Source: an uncultured Faecalibacterium sp.
GTDB taxonomy: Bacteria; Bacillota; Clostridia; Christensenellales; Aristaeellaceae
Length of the DNA: 64,000 bases
Assembly: GCA_964464815.1 (NCBI GenBank)
Contig: CAYXHF010000004.1
Coordinates: 2,483 to 66,482 of the forward strand
Direction of reading: 5' to 3'
Of this stretch, positions 55,796 through 64,000 are shown in pieces (position 1 is the first letter of the stretch; each line of letters begins with the position of its first letter). The notes beneath the pieces are model-generated. The model was not told where the DNA came from and searched no databases. It saw only the letters and a list, made by a program, of their open reading frames with translations. The translations under genes were made by a program, and so were the position numbers.

Positions 55796-57415
55796 TTACT
55801 TTCGGTTGGCCGTTTCTGCCAGCACGAGTCCGTCGTTGTTTTCACAGGCCAGACGGATGCTCCAGTCATTTTCAAACAGCAGCACATCGCGGTCGCGGCT
55901 GTCCTTGGCACGGCCGGAGGTCGAGGTCAGCTTCAGCTGATCCACAGGCTTGGGCGTGGAGACGACCCAGCGCACATAGCGGAAGGGCATCGACTCCATG
56001 ATAATATCCACCTGATATTCCGATTTCAGGCGATGCTCCAGCACTTCAAACTGTAGCACGCCGACAACGCCGACCATGAACTCCTCGCGGCCCGTTTCGG
56101 TGCGCACGAAGGTCTGGATTGCGCCTTCCTCCGCCAGCTGGCTGATGCCCTTCTGGAACTGCTTGCGCTTCATGGAGTCCACCGGGCGCACGCGGGAGAA
56201 GAATTCCGGCGCGAAGACGGGAATATCCTCATAATGCAGCTTCGGGCCACCGGAAAGCGTATCGCCCAGCTGATAAATACCGGGATCGAACAGGCCGATG
56301 ATGTCACCAGCCCACGCTTCTTCCACCGCCTCGCGTTCATCGGCCATGAACTGCTGGGGCTGCTTGAGCGTGACGACCTTGTTCGTGCCGGAATGCCAGA
56401 CGTCCATGCCCTTTTCAAACGCGCCGGAGACAATGCGCATAAACGCCAGTCGATCGCGGTGCGCCGGATTCATGTTGGCCTGAATCTTGAAGATGAAGCC
56501 GGAGAAGTAGGGCTGCTCAGGCGTGATGTCACCCATATCGCTCTTGCGGGACAGGGGCGGCGGCGTGAATTGCAGGAAGCGCTCCAGGAACGGCTCGACG
56601 CCGAAGTTCGTCACGGCAGAGCCGAAGAACATGGGCGTCAGCTCGCCACGGCGCACCTTCTCCAAATCGAAGGCATCGCCCGCTTCATCCAGCAGGTCGA
56701 TTTCCTCCGCCAGACGGTCGCGGTAATGCTTGGCCAGCACATGCTCCAAAGCCGGATCATCAATGGCGATGTCCGTCTTCTGCACCATGGACTTGCCGTG
56801 GTCGCCGCCGGTATACAGCTCCACCAGCTTTGTATCGCGGTGATACACACCCTGGAAGTCGCCATCCGTGCCAATCGGCCAGTTGATGGGGCAGGAGCGG
56901 ATGCCCAGCACCTGTTCCAGCTCCTCCATCAGCGCGAAGGGATCCTTGGCGGCGCGGTCCATCTTGTTCACAAAGGTGAAAATCGGGATCTGACGCATGC
57001 GGCAAACCTTGAACAGCTTGATGGTCTGGGCCTCAACGCCCTTGGCCGCGTCAATCAGCATGACAGCCGCATCGGCCGCCACCAGCACGCGGTAGGTATC
57101 CTCCGAGAAGTCCTGATGGCCAGGGGTATCCAGAATGTTGATGCGGTAGCCGTCAAATTCAAACTGCATGGCAGAGGACGTGACGGAGATGCCACGCTGC
57201 TTCTCAATATCCATCCAGTCAGAGGTGGCATGCTTATCGCTCTTGCGTGCCTTCACGCTGCCGGCAGAACGAATCGCACCGCCGTAGAGCAGGAGCTTTT
57301 CCGTCAGCGTGGTCTTGCCCGCGTCCGGGTGCGAAATGATGGCAAAGGTCCGGCGCTTCTCCACCTGCTCGTGCAGCAGGTCGCGGAAGGCTGGGGTGTC
57401 ATTAGCTGGCAGCAT
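55796..57415 (-). CDS. prfC: peptide chain release factor 3
   Basis: RRTFAIISHPDAGKTTLTEKLLLYGGAI, DTPGHQDFSEDTYR, NKMDR. GGAGG lies 7 nt before the ATG. Confidence 0.95.
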   Translation of the reverse strand: MLPANDTPAFRDLLHEQVEKRRTFAIISHPDAGKTTLTEKLLLYGGAIRSAGSVKARKSDKHATSDWMDIEKQRGISVTSSAMQFEFDGYRINILDTPGHQDFSEDTYRVLVAADAAVMLIDAAKGVEAQTIKLFKVCRMRQIPIFTFVNKMDRAAKDPFALMEELEQVLGIRSCPINWPIGTDGDFQGVYHRDTKLVELYTGGDHGKSMVQKTDIAIDDPALEHVLAKHYRDRLAEEIDLLDEAGDAFDLEKVRRGELTPMFFGSAVTNFGVEPFLERFLQFTPPPLSRKSDMGDITPEQPYFSGFIFKIQANMNPAHRDRLAFMRIVSGAFEKGMDVWHSGTNKVVTLKQPQQFMADEREAVEEAWAGDIIGLFDPGIYQLGDTLSGGPKLHYEDIPVFAPEFFSRVRPVDSMKRKQFQKGISQLAEEGAIQTFVRTETGREEFMVGVVGVLQFEVLEHRLKSEYQVDIIMESMPFRYVRWVVSTPKPVDQLKLTSTSGRAKDSRDRDVLLFENDWSIRLACENNDGLVLAETANRK

Positions 57416-57522
57416 GGGGTTTCCTCCTACATATATTCACAAGTCTCCGTGTGTGTCGCCCGGAGGCATTTTCCGGCATCAAACATACACTTTGACCAAA
57501 AAAGCAGATTGTCCGACTGTTT

Positions 57523-57551
57523 ATTTTATCGCCAAGTGCGCCGCTTGTCAA
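57523..57551 (-). promoter_or_regulatory. candidate sigma-A promoter of prfC-typA
   Basis: On the minus strand: TTGACA (57551-57546), 17-nt spacer, TAAAAT (57528-57523). Confidence 0.5.
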
Positions 57552-57656
57552 GGTGTTTTCAAGGACTTCATGGCTTTCATGGTGCTTATTTTTCCGATTT
57601 CTCCGAACCGCGCAAAAAAAGTATTTTCCTGCCGGCTTTTTTTCTGTTTCGGCATC

Positions 57657-58025
57657 TTATCCACAATTTGTCCACTTTTCATCCCCAACTCATCCACAGA
57701 TATGCCCACTTATCCACCGCCCGGAGCCCGGAAAACCTTCGTCATGGCCGCAGACGGTGCTTTTGTGATTCCAGGGGGTCTCATCGGCCATAAGTGACAA
57801 TCGCCAAAGACGATTTATGCATCGAATTTGCATGTTTATGCAATTTTTACGCCCTTTCGTCACCATTTTCTGGTTTTTCACAGAATAATCCACAGGTTTC
57901 CCTTTGGGTGGAAAACTTCTGTGGATAACCCTGTGGACAATGTGGATAAGTCCGGGAAATCCGCAGAATTTCAAGCATATTTCGACAAAAAGCTTTGTGG
58001 ATAAGCCTGTGGAAACCGGGGATAA
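57657..58025. promoter_or_regulatory. dense DnaA-box cluster (candidate oriC-type or DnaA-regulatory region)
   Basis: Perfect TTATCCACA at 57657. Perfect TGTGGATAA at 57920, 57941 and 57996. One-mismatch boxes at 57690, 57710, 57886 and 57932. Two-mismatch boxes at 57668, 57679, 57907, 58008 and 58017. The left array has 11-bp spacing. The two arrays face each other across an AT-rich core at 57813-57850. Confidence 0.75.
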
Positions 58026-58069
58026 ATCCCTGCTGTACACCCCCTTTTTCCCCTGAGGATAGATATACA

Positions 58070-58954
58070 ATGCATCATCCTTCAATCGCCGATATGCCCC
58101 AAAAGCATAAACATGCGTTTGCCCATTCCCTTTCCGTCATGCCGGAGGGCTTGTCAACATACCATACACCACGGAGGTGGCTTCCTTTGGCACAGAAACC
58201 GGACTTTTTCGACAGGTTTTCCAAACGCACGCTGCCCGTGCTGGTCGGCGTTTTGCTGGGCATCGGCGTGCTGCTGATGCTGCTTTGCCTAATAAAAACG
58301 CCCCAAAGACAGGACGCGGCACCGCCCACACCCACGCCAACAGCAGCACCTGTCGGGCCGCTCAGTGGGCGCACGATTCTGGTTGACGCAGGTCATGGCG
58401 GCTACGACGGTGGCGCACGCTGCCGCGATTCCGGCACATGGGAGAAGGCATTGAACCTCGCCGTTGCGCTTTGCGTGGAGCAGGAGCTTTCCTCGCGCGG
58501 CGCAGTGGTGCTGATGACGCGCCGCAGCGACGTCGATTTGTGCGACGACGTGCCGCCTGACGGCCTGACGAAGAAACGCCAGGACATGCAGCGGCGCGTC
58601 GATATGGCCACCAGCGGTCAGGCCGACATGGTGCTGTCCATCCACATGAACGAATACCGCGTGCGCACTGAATCCGGCCCGCAGGTCTTCTACCGCGCCG
58701 GCTGCGACAGTGGCCGTCTGCTGGCTGGCATCATGCAGGAGGCGCTCATCACGCACCTGACGCCCCGCAAGGAGCGCAGCGCCATGGCCGGAGACTACTT
58801 CATCCTTCAGCTGGACATTCCCTCCGTGCTGGTGGAATGCGGGTTTATCTCCAACGCACAGGAGGAGGCGCTATTGCGCACGGAGGAGTATCAATCGCGC
58901 CTTGCCCTCGCCATTGCGGATGCGGTCGGGGAGTATTTCCAGCTTGCCAGATAA
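58070..58954 (+). CDS. cwlD: N-acetylmuramoyl-L-alanine amidase, CwlD-like
   Basis: One TM segment, then ILVDAGHGGYDGG, SIHMNEY and VLVECGFISN (Amidase_3). Size and architecture are like the germination-specific CwlD. Confidence 0.75.
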   Translation: MHHPSIADMPQKHKHAFAHSLSVMPEGLSTYHTPRRWLPLAQKPDFFDRFSKRTLPVLVGVLLGIGVLLMLLCLIKTPQRQDAAPPTPTPTAAPVGPLSGRTILVDAGHGGYDGGARCRDSGTWEKALNLAVALCVEQELSSRGAVVLMTRRSDVDLCDDVPPDGLTKKRQDMQRRVDMATSGQADMVLSIHMNEYRVRTESGPQVFYRAGCDSGRLLAGIMQEALITHLTPRKERSAMAGDYFILQLDIPSVLVECGFISNAQEEALLRTEEYQSRLALAIADAVGEYFQLAR

Positions 58955-58970
58955 CGTCTCCGCCAATTCA

Positions 58971-59021
58971 AAAATCCCTGCCTCGCCATTCAGTCGCCTG
59001 GATGGCAGAAGCAGGGATTTT
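58971..59021. terminator. terminator hairpin between convergent cwlD and the feo operon
   Basis: AAAATCCCTGC / GCAGGGATTTT outer stem, with an inner GCCAT / ATGGC helix. Confidence 0.55.
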
Positions 59022-59038
59022 CTCAGAATATCCTTTTC

Positions 59039-59176
59039 TCAGTGGCAGCCCTTGCACTTGCTGCAATCGCCGCCGCAGCTGCAAACAGATGTGCCGTTCT
59101 TCTTGTCCTTGACCATCTTCCAAATGATTGCGCCAACAATCAAAAGAAGGATTCCGCCAACAATTACGTTTGCCAT
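59039..59176 (-). CDS. FeoB-associated Cys-rich small membrane protein
   Basis: MANVIVGGILLLIVGAIIWKMVKDKKNGTSVCSCGGDCSKCKGCH: one TM segment plus a C-terminal Cys cluster. Last gene of the feo operon. The start could be 59182. Confidence 0.75.
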   Translation of the reverse strand: MANVIVGGILLLIVGAIIWKMVKDKKNGTSVCSCGGDCSKCKGCH

Positions 59177-59345
59177 ATGCATGTTTCCTTTCTCTGTGCG
59201 GCGCAGGGGAGGAAAGAAAACCTGGCCGCACGATACCCATTCGGTCGGCGAATGCGGATGATGCAGAATCCGCATTCGCCAGCCGTTTTTCACAAAGAGA
59301 GCGCTTGTCAGAAACACCGGCCAAAGGACTTCGGGGCATTTCCGC

Positions 59346-61712
59346 TTACGCCGAAACCTTCTGAGTCAGGTGATTCTCGTTGTAGGGGTTCTTGCGAACC
59401 AGCATGTAGACAAAGCCAACCAGCAGCACGATAGCAATCGCCGTTGCCACGGTGAAGCCAGCACCCGCAAACAGCAGACCCAGCTGGTAGACAATCAGCG
59501 CCACCGCATAGGCGAAGCCGCACTGATAGGCCACCGCAAACAGCGTCCACTTGCCGTTGTTGAACTCACGCTTCATCGCGCCAATGGCCGCGAAGCAGGG
59601 CGCGCACAGCAGGTTGAAGATCATGAAGGCATACGCTGCCAGACGGCCATGGCCATTGGAGGATTCGTTGAAGGCCGCTGTAATCGTGCTCAGCGCTTCT
59701 TCCTTCTCCACATCGGTCATGTCTTCGTCATCGACCACGTCCGCGGCGTCATCCGCGCCATACAGCACGCCCAGCACGCCAACGACCTCTTCCTTGGCCA
59801 CCAGACCCATCACCGTTGCCACGGTCGAGGGCATATTGCCAAAGCCCAGGGGCTTAAACACAACGCTGACCGGGTTGCCAATGCGGCCCAGCACGGAGTA
59901 GTCCATGTCGCCAACAGCACCCCAGGAACCAGCGGCGCGATCCATTTCGGGCGCCAGCTCCGGCTCGGCGGGTTCCTCGGCATCCTCTTCCAGCGTGCCA
60001 GCCTCAGCCGCCGCGTCAAAGTCTGCCTTGAGCTGCTCGTATTCCACCATTTCTTCCTGATAGGCCAGCTTGGCTTCTTCCTGCACATCCGCTGCCGGCG
60101 CCCAGCCATAGGAGCTGGCAAACCAGATGACGATGGAGGAGAGCAGAATGACCGTACCAGCACGCTTGATGAAGCTCCAGCCACGCTCCCACACGCTGTG
60201 GAAAATGTTGCGGCCAGACGGGAAGTGATAGGAAGGCAGCTCCATCACGAACGGTGCCGGATCGCCCGCAAACGCCTTCGTCTTCTTGAGCATGATGCCG
60301 GAAACGACAATCGCCGCCACACCGATAAAGTACGCAGAGGTTGCCACCCAAGCACTGCCACCAAACACCGCCGCGGCAATCAGACCGATAATCGGCATCT
60401 TCGCGCCGCAGGGAATGAAGGTCGTGGTCATGATGGTCATCTTGCGGTCACGGTCGCTCTCGATGGTACGCGAGGCCATGATGCCGGGAACGCCACAGCC
60501 CGTGCCCACCAGCATCGGGATGAAGCTCTTGCCCGAAAGACCAAACTTACGGAAGATACGGTCCATGATGAACGCGATACGCGCCATGTAGCCGACGTCT
60601 TCCAGAATCGCCAGCAGCAGGAACAGCACCAGCATCTGCGGCACAAAGCCCAGCACAGCGCCGCAGCCGCCAACAATACCGTCCACCACCAGACCGGTCA
60701 GCCACGAGGCAACGCCCGCGCCTTCCATGACATGTTGCAGGTTGCCCTGAATCCATTCGCCAACGAACACGTCGTTGGTCCAGTCCGTCACAAGCGTACC
60801 GATGGTGCTGACGGAGATGTAATAGACCAGGAACATAATCAGCGCGAAAATCGGCAGGGCCAGAATACGGTTGGTCACAACACGGTCAATCTTGTCCGAA
60901 ATCGTCAGACTGCCCTTGCTCTTGCCCTTCTTGACGGAATTCTGAATCAGCGTGTTGATGTAGGCATAGCGCTGATTGGTGATGATCGACTCCGCATCGT
61001 CATCCATTTCCTGCTCGCAGGACACGATAGCGGCCTCAATGCCCTTCTTCACATCCGTGGGCAGGGACAATTCCGCAAGCACCTTTTCGTCGCGCTCAAA
61101 GAGCTTCACGGCGTACCAGCGCAGGAAGCGCTTTTCCACCTTATTCTCAATCAGGTCTTCAATATGCGCCAGCGCATGCTCCACCGAGCCGGTGAAGACG
61201 TGCGGATGCTCACCCGACTGCTTCTGCCCGGCCACAGCGGCTGCCTTTTCAGCGGCCTGAATGCTGCCTTCGCCCTTAAGCGCGGAGGTCGCGATCATCT
61301 CCACACCCAGCGCGGCGCTGAGCTTTTTCAGGTCAATCTTGTCGCCATTCTTGCGGGAGACGTCAATCATGTTCATGGCAATGACCATGGGCGTTCCCAA
61401 TTCCAGCAGCTGCGTGGTCAGATACAGGTTGCGCTCGATGGAGGTCGCATCCACGATATTGAGGATGACGTCCGGCTTGTCGTTCACCAGATAGTTACGG
61501 GCAACGACCTCTTCCAGCGTATAAGGGGAGAGAGAGTAAATACCCGGCAAGTCCTGAATGACCACCTCGTCATTTCCCTTGAGCTTGCCTTCCTTCTTTT
61601 CTACCGTCACACCCGGCCAGTTGCCCACAAACTGACGCGAACCCGTCAGGGCATTGAACATGGTCGTTTTGCCGCAGTTCGGATTACCTGCCAGCGCAAT
61701 TGTAATCGCCAT
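59346..61712 (-). CDS. feoB: ferrous iron transporter FeoB
   Basis: G-domain IALAGNPNCGKTTMFNALTG and DLPGIYSL, followed by a polytopic membrane domain. GGAGG lies 8 nt before the ATG at 61712. Confidence 0.95.
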   Translation of the reverse strand: MAITIALAGNPNCGKTTMFNALTGSRQFVGNWPGVTVEKKEGKLKGNDEVVIQDLPGIYSLSPYTLEEVVARNYLVNDKPDVILNIVDATSIERNLYLTTQLLELGTPMVIAMNMIDVSRKNGDKIDLKKLSAALGVEMIATSALKGEGSIQAAEKAAAVAGQKQSGEHPHVFTGSVEHALAHIEDLIENKVEKRFLRWYAVKLFERDEKVLAELSLPTDVKKGIEAAIVSCEQEMDDDAESIITNQRYAYINTLIQNSVKKGKSKGSLTISDKIDRVVTNRILALPIFALIMFLVYYISVSTIGTLVTDWTNDVFVGEWIQGNLQHVMEGAGVASWLTGLVVDGIVGGCGAVLGFVPQMLVLFLLLAILEDVGYMARIAFIMDRIFRKFGLSGKSFIPMLVGTGCGVPGIMASRTIESDRDRKMTIMTTTFIPCGAKMPIIGLIAAAVFGGSAWVATSAYFIGVAAIVVSGIMLKKTKAFAGDPAPFVMELPSYHFPSGRNIFHSVWERGWSFIKRAGTVILLSSIVIWFASSYGWAPAADVQEEAKLAYQEEMVEYEQLKADFDAAAEAGTLEEDAEEPAEPELAPEMDRAAGSWGAVGDMDYSVLGRIGNPVSVVFKPLGFGNMPSTVATVMGLVAKEEVVGVLGVLYGADDAADVVDDEDMTDVEKEEALSTITAAFNESSNGHGRLAAYAFMIFNLLCAPCFAAIGAMKREFNNGKWTLFAVAYQCGFAYAVALIVYQLGLLFAGAGFTVATAIAIVLLVGFVYMLVRKNPYNENHLTQKVSA

Positions 61713-61786
61713 GATTGGCGCCTCCTTTTCCATCCTTCAGCCTTGAAAACCGATGCTTTCCCGTTTGCATGCGGACAGGGAAGGGC

Positions 61787-62008
61787 TTATTCCACTTCCA
61801 CCATTTCCGCATCGGCCTTGCGAATGCTCAGCTCATAGCCACGCACCGTCAATTCCATCGGATCACCCAGCGGCGCGACCTTGCGCACGTGAATCTGCGT
61901 GCCGCGCGTCAGTCCCATGTCCATGATGCGACGCTTGATTGCACCCTCGCCATGCAGACGGACAATCACAGCATTCTCGCCGACCTTAACATCCTTGAGC
62001 GTCTTCAT
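61787..62008 (-). CDS. feoA: FeoA family protein
   Basis: 73 aa. VIVRLHGEGAIKRRIMDMGLTRGTQIHV is a typical FeoA SH3-like pattern. Confidence 0.9.
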   Translation of the reverse strand: MKTLKDVKVGENAVIVRLHGEGAIKRRIMDMGLTRGTQIHVRKVAPLGDPMELTVRGYELSIRKADAEMVEVE

Positions 62009-62021
62009 GCTTCCATCCTCC

Positions 62022-62243
62022 TCAGCTTACCAATACACGCATCGCCATGGATTGGCTCAGCGCAATGCGGCTATCCTTCACGGCACAAATCAGGTTGCCG
62101 CCCATTTTGCTGACAATCGTGACTGTTTCGCCCATCACAAAGCCCAGCTCTGCCAAATGCTGCCGCACCTCATCCAATCCGGTGATTTTTCCAATCACGC
62201 CCGACTGGCCGATTTCTACCATGCCCAATGGCATCATGTTCAT
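62022..62243 (-). CDS. feoA: FeoA family protein (second copy)
   Basis: 73 aa. GVIGKITGLDEVRQHLAELGFVMGETVTIV. Confidence 0.85.
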   Translation of the reverse strand: MNMMPLGMVEIGQSGVIGKITGLDEVRQHLAELGFVMGETVTIVSKMGGNLICAVKDSRIALSQSMAMRVLVS

Positions 62244-62273
62244 GCCTCCTCGCCGTTTCCTGCGCTTTTCTAA

Positions 62274-62338
62274 ATTAGTTTGACATAACTAATCTGTCGC
62301 AACGGTGTTAGTTTATCACAACTAACCATCAATGTCAA
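62274..62338 (-). promoter_or_regulatory. feo promoter with two palindromic operator sites
   Basis: On the minus strand: TTGACA (62338-62333), 17-nt spacer, TAAACT (62315-62310). The palindromes are ATTAGTT-TGACAT-AACTAAT (62274-62293) and GTTAGTT-TATCAC-AACTAAC (62307-62326), with centres 33 bp apart. The second fills the -35/-10 spacer. Confidence 0.6.
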
Positions 62339-62422
62339 CCCCTGTTTCCCGCTTTTTTTCCTTTTCGGATAAAACCCCTGCAAATTGGGAAGAATGGCAG
62401 GCAAAAAGGAATTGTTATCCTC

Positions 62423-62636
62423 ATTTCCGTCTAAAACATGTCACCGAGCATCGTGGATTTTTCTTTCTGGCAAAGCTGCGTGCAGCGAGGCGTACTGGAG
62501 GTACGCGCGAGCGGAACGAAGCAAAGCCAGATGGAGGTCAGGTTTTTGCCTGACTAGCGCCGGGCTTGGCCCGGTGATGGCCGATGCAGAAACATACACT
62601 GTGCGAATGACATGGAGTAGATGAAAATTAGTATTA
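62423..62636. repeat. 214-nt structured dispersed repeat C, copy 2
   Basis: Gap-free alignment to 42984-43197. The closing stem here is CATGTCA (62437-62443) / TGACATG (62608-62614), a compensatory change relative to copy 1. Confidence 0.85.
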
Positions 62637-62653
62637 AAAAACAGGAGGCAAAA

Positions 62654-62938
62654 ATGAAGGAATGGGCGGCCTGGATGGCGAACAAAATGGAGGAGACACT
62701 TTTTCGCTTGGAGCAGCTCCGTCTGGCGGAGTTTCTTGCCTATGAGCAGGACTGGAAGCGTCGCTTGCTGATGCAGTTTGTTTCCGGCCTTGCCCGTGGT
62801 CTGGGCACAGCCATCGGCTTCACGCTGCTGGGTGCGCTGGCCGTCTGGCTGCTGCAAGGTCTGGTACAGCGGAATCTGCCGGTCATTGGCGATTTTCTGG
62901 CCAAGCTTCTCGCCCTGGTGGAAGGAAAAGGGCAATAA
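62654..62938 (+). CDS. small membrane protein (DUF5665-like)
   Basis: AGGAGG at 62643-62648 lies 5 nt before the ATG at 62654. 94 aa with one or two C-terminal TM segments (GTAIGFTLLGALAVWLL). The family name is from memory. Confidence 0.6.
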   Translation: MKEWAAWMANKMEETLFRLEQLRLAEFLAYEQDWKRRLLMQFVSGLARGLGTAIGFTLLGALAVWLLQGLVQRNLPVIGDFLAKLLALVEGKGQ

Positions 62939-62975
62939 GTGTCACAACAAGTTATTTAAGGAAGGAAGTCTGTCT

Positions 62976-63455
62976 GTGCGTACCTCTGCCATTGGATGGC
63001 TTTCCCTGTCGGCGCTTGTGATTGCGCTGGACAGGCTGACCAAGGCGCTCGCCGCCGCTTTCCCGGAGGAAATCACCCTCATTCCCGGCGTGCTGCGCTG
63101 GATTTATGCGGAGAATACCGGCATGTCCTTCAGCCTGCTCAGCGGGCATTCGTGGCTGCTGGGCGTGTTTTCCGTGGTGGCGATTGTGGTGTGCGGCGTG
63201 TTTCTGTCGCGCTATCAGCTCAGCCGGTGCAGTCGCCTTGGCGCGGTGCTGATGGCCAGCGGCGCACTCAGCAACGCCTACGACCGCCTGATGATGGGAT
63301 ATGTCGTGGATATGCTGGACATTACGCTTTTCCCTTTTGCTGTGTTTAATTTGGCAGACACGGCCCTGACCATCGGCGCGGTGCTGATGGCCTACTGTCT
63401 GCTGCTTCGTACAGAGGACTGGAGGAAGAAACCACATGACGCAAGAAACGCCTGA
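62976..63455 (+). CDS. lspA: lipoprotein signal peptidase II
   Basis: LIPGVLRWIYAENTGMSFSLL and FAVFNLADTALTIGAVL are conserved LspA motifs. A GTG start at 62976 lies after GGAAGG. Confidence 0.85.
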   Translation: MRTSAIGWLSLSALVIALDRLTKALAAAFPEEITLIPGVLRWIYAENTGMSFSLLSGHSWLLGVFSVVAIVVCGVFLSRYQLSRCSRLGAVLMASGALSNAYDRLMMGYVVDMLDITLFPFAVFNLADTALTIGAVLMAYCLLLRTEDWRKKPHDARNA

Positions 63456-64000
63456 TGTGCTTCAGGAGCGCATCGTCACCCTTTCCGGCGATGGCCGCCG
63501 CGCCGACGTGGCGCTATCGGAAGCCTCCGGGCTGACGCGATCGCGCATTGCCACCCTGATGGCGCAAGGCCAGGTGACCATCGACGGCAAAACGGAAACG
63601 AAGCCCGGTGCAAAGGCAAAGCCCGGTCAGACGCTCGTCCTGACCATTCCCGCACCCGCACCGGCTGCCCCTGTGGCGCAGGACATTCCCTTGACCATCC
63701 TGTATCAGGATGAGGATTTGGCTGTCGTCCTGAAGCCCTGCGGCATGGTGGTGCATCCGGCCGCCGGAAATGAGGACGGCACACTGGTCAACGCGCTGCT
63801 GCATCACCTGGATCACCTCAGCGGCATTGGCGGTGAGCTGCGCCCGGGCATCGTACACCGGCTGGACAAGGACACCAGCGGTCTGCTGCTTGTCGCAAAG
63901 AACGACCAGAGCCAGCTTTCCCTCAGCCGCCAATTGCAGGAGCGCGACATGGAAAAGCACTATCGCGCCCTGGTTGAAGGCAGCTTCCGGGACGACACGG
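63436..64000 (+). CDS. rluD: RluA-family 23S rRNA pseudouridine synthase (RluD-like), 3'-truncated by the window edge
   Basis: N-terminal S4-like region (RADVALSEASGLTRSRIATLMAQGQVTIDG). Catalytic motif GIVHRLDKDTSGLLLVAK. GGAGGAAG lies before the ATG at 63436. Confidence 0.85.
   Translation, partial: MTQETPDVLQERIVTLSGDGRRADVALSEASGLTRSRIATLMAQGQVTIDGKTETKPGAKAKPGQTLVLTIPAPAPAAPVAQDIPLTILYQDEDLAVVLKPCGMVVHPAAGNEDGTLVNALLHHLDHLSGIGGELRPGIVHRLDKDTSGLLLVAKNDQSQLSLSRQLQERDMEKHYRALVEGSFRDDT

Noticed and set aside
57690-58085. 131-aa minus-strand ORF spanning the DnaA-box region
   Set aside because: Its sequence (…LIHIVHRVIHR…) is simply the translation of the repeated DnaA boxes. It has no SD and no recognisable family features.
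59247-59280. 13-bp hairpin GGCGAATGCGGAT / ATCCGCATTCGCC between feoB and the Cys-rich peptide gene
   Set aside because: The U-run follows it only on the plus (antisense) strand. On the feo strand it is just an intercistronic stem-loop. It may stabilise the mRNA or stop convergent transcription from cwlD, but there is nothing distinctive to pursue.
1-64000. tRNA, rRNA, CRISPR arrays, IS elements, prophage or defence-system genes beyond the ParE/Phd pair
   Set aside because: I scanned the intergenic regions for a T-loop (GGTTCGAATCC-like), regularly spaced direct repeats, and transposase, integrase, nuclease or helicase motifs, and found none. This was a manual scan only, so small or degenerate elements could have been missed.

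Overview
High-GC, densely coding chromosomal segment. Gene content suggests a spore-forming Clostridia/Oscillospiraceae-like anaerobe; that assignment is inference only. I support about 50 protein genes. I recognised no rRNA, tRNA, CRISPR array, transposase or integrase. From left to right the window holds: a ttcA-like PP-loop ATPase and a nitroreductase; a Phd/ParE toxin-antitoxin pair bracketed by two near-identical 222-bp structured repeats; a five-gene Opp-type ABC importer whose components are all unusually large; a MATE exporter; cell-wall genes (MBL hydrolase, amidase, murA); a ~15-kb glycan-utilisation-like locus; a 1424-aa acyl-CoA dehydratase activase-type fusion; lgt, a GNAT gene and PPK2; bioY; a DtxR/MntR regulator; an FMN-binding lipoprotein; a heterodimeric ABC exporter; a tandem pair of M50-like membrane metalloprotease paralogs, one with and one without the HExxH motif; metY-cysK; typA and prfC; cwlD; feoA-feoA-feoB plus a Cys-rich peptide gene; and DUF5665-lspA-rluD. 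The glycan locus carries a GH30 hydrolase, two ABC permease pairs, two atypical giant solute-binding proteins and three membrane-anchored proteins of unknown role, but no ATPase and no regulator. The signals most worth follow-up, none of them in the ORF track, are these. (1) A 42-codon Met/Cys-rich leader ORF (MMMMCMCACRMCM) with a consensus promoter, a strong SD and an intrinsic terminator sits directly upstream of metY-cysK. It is a candidate ribosome-mediated Met/Cys attenuator. (2) A ~370-bp cluster holds at least 4 perfect and 4 one-mismatch DnaA boxes in two opposed arrays around an AT-rich repeat core, between prfC and cwlD and with no dnaA nearby. (3) A 214-nt dispersed structured repeat occurs twice, next to the metalloregulator and next to the feo promoter, and carries a compensatory base-pair change. 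(4) Two identical-architecture palindromic operators overlap the feo promoter. Every functional call rests on motif recognition by eye, and no database search was run.
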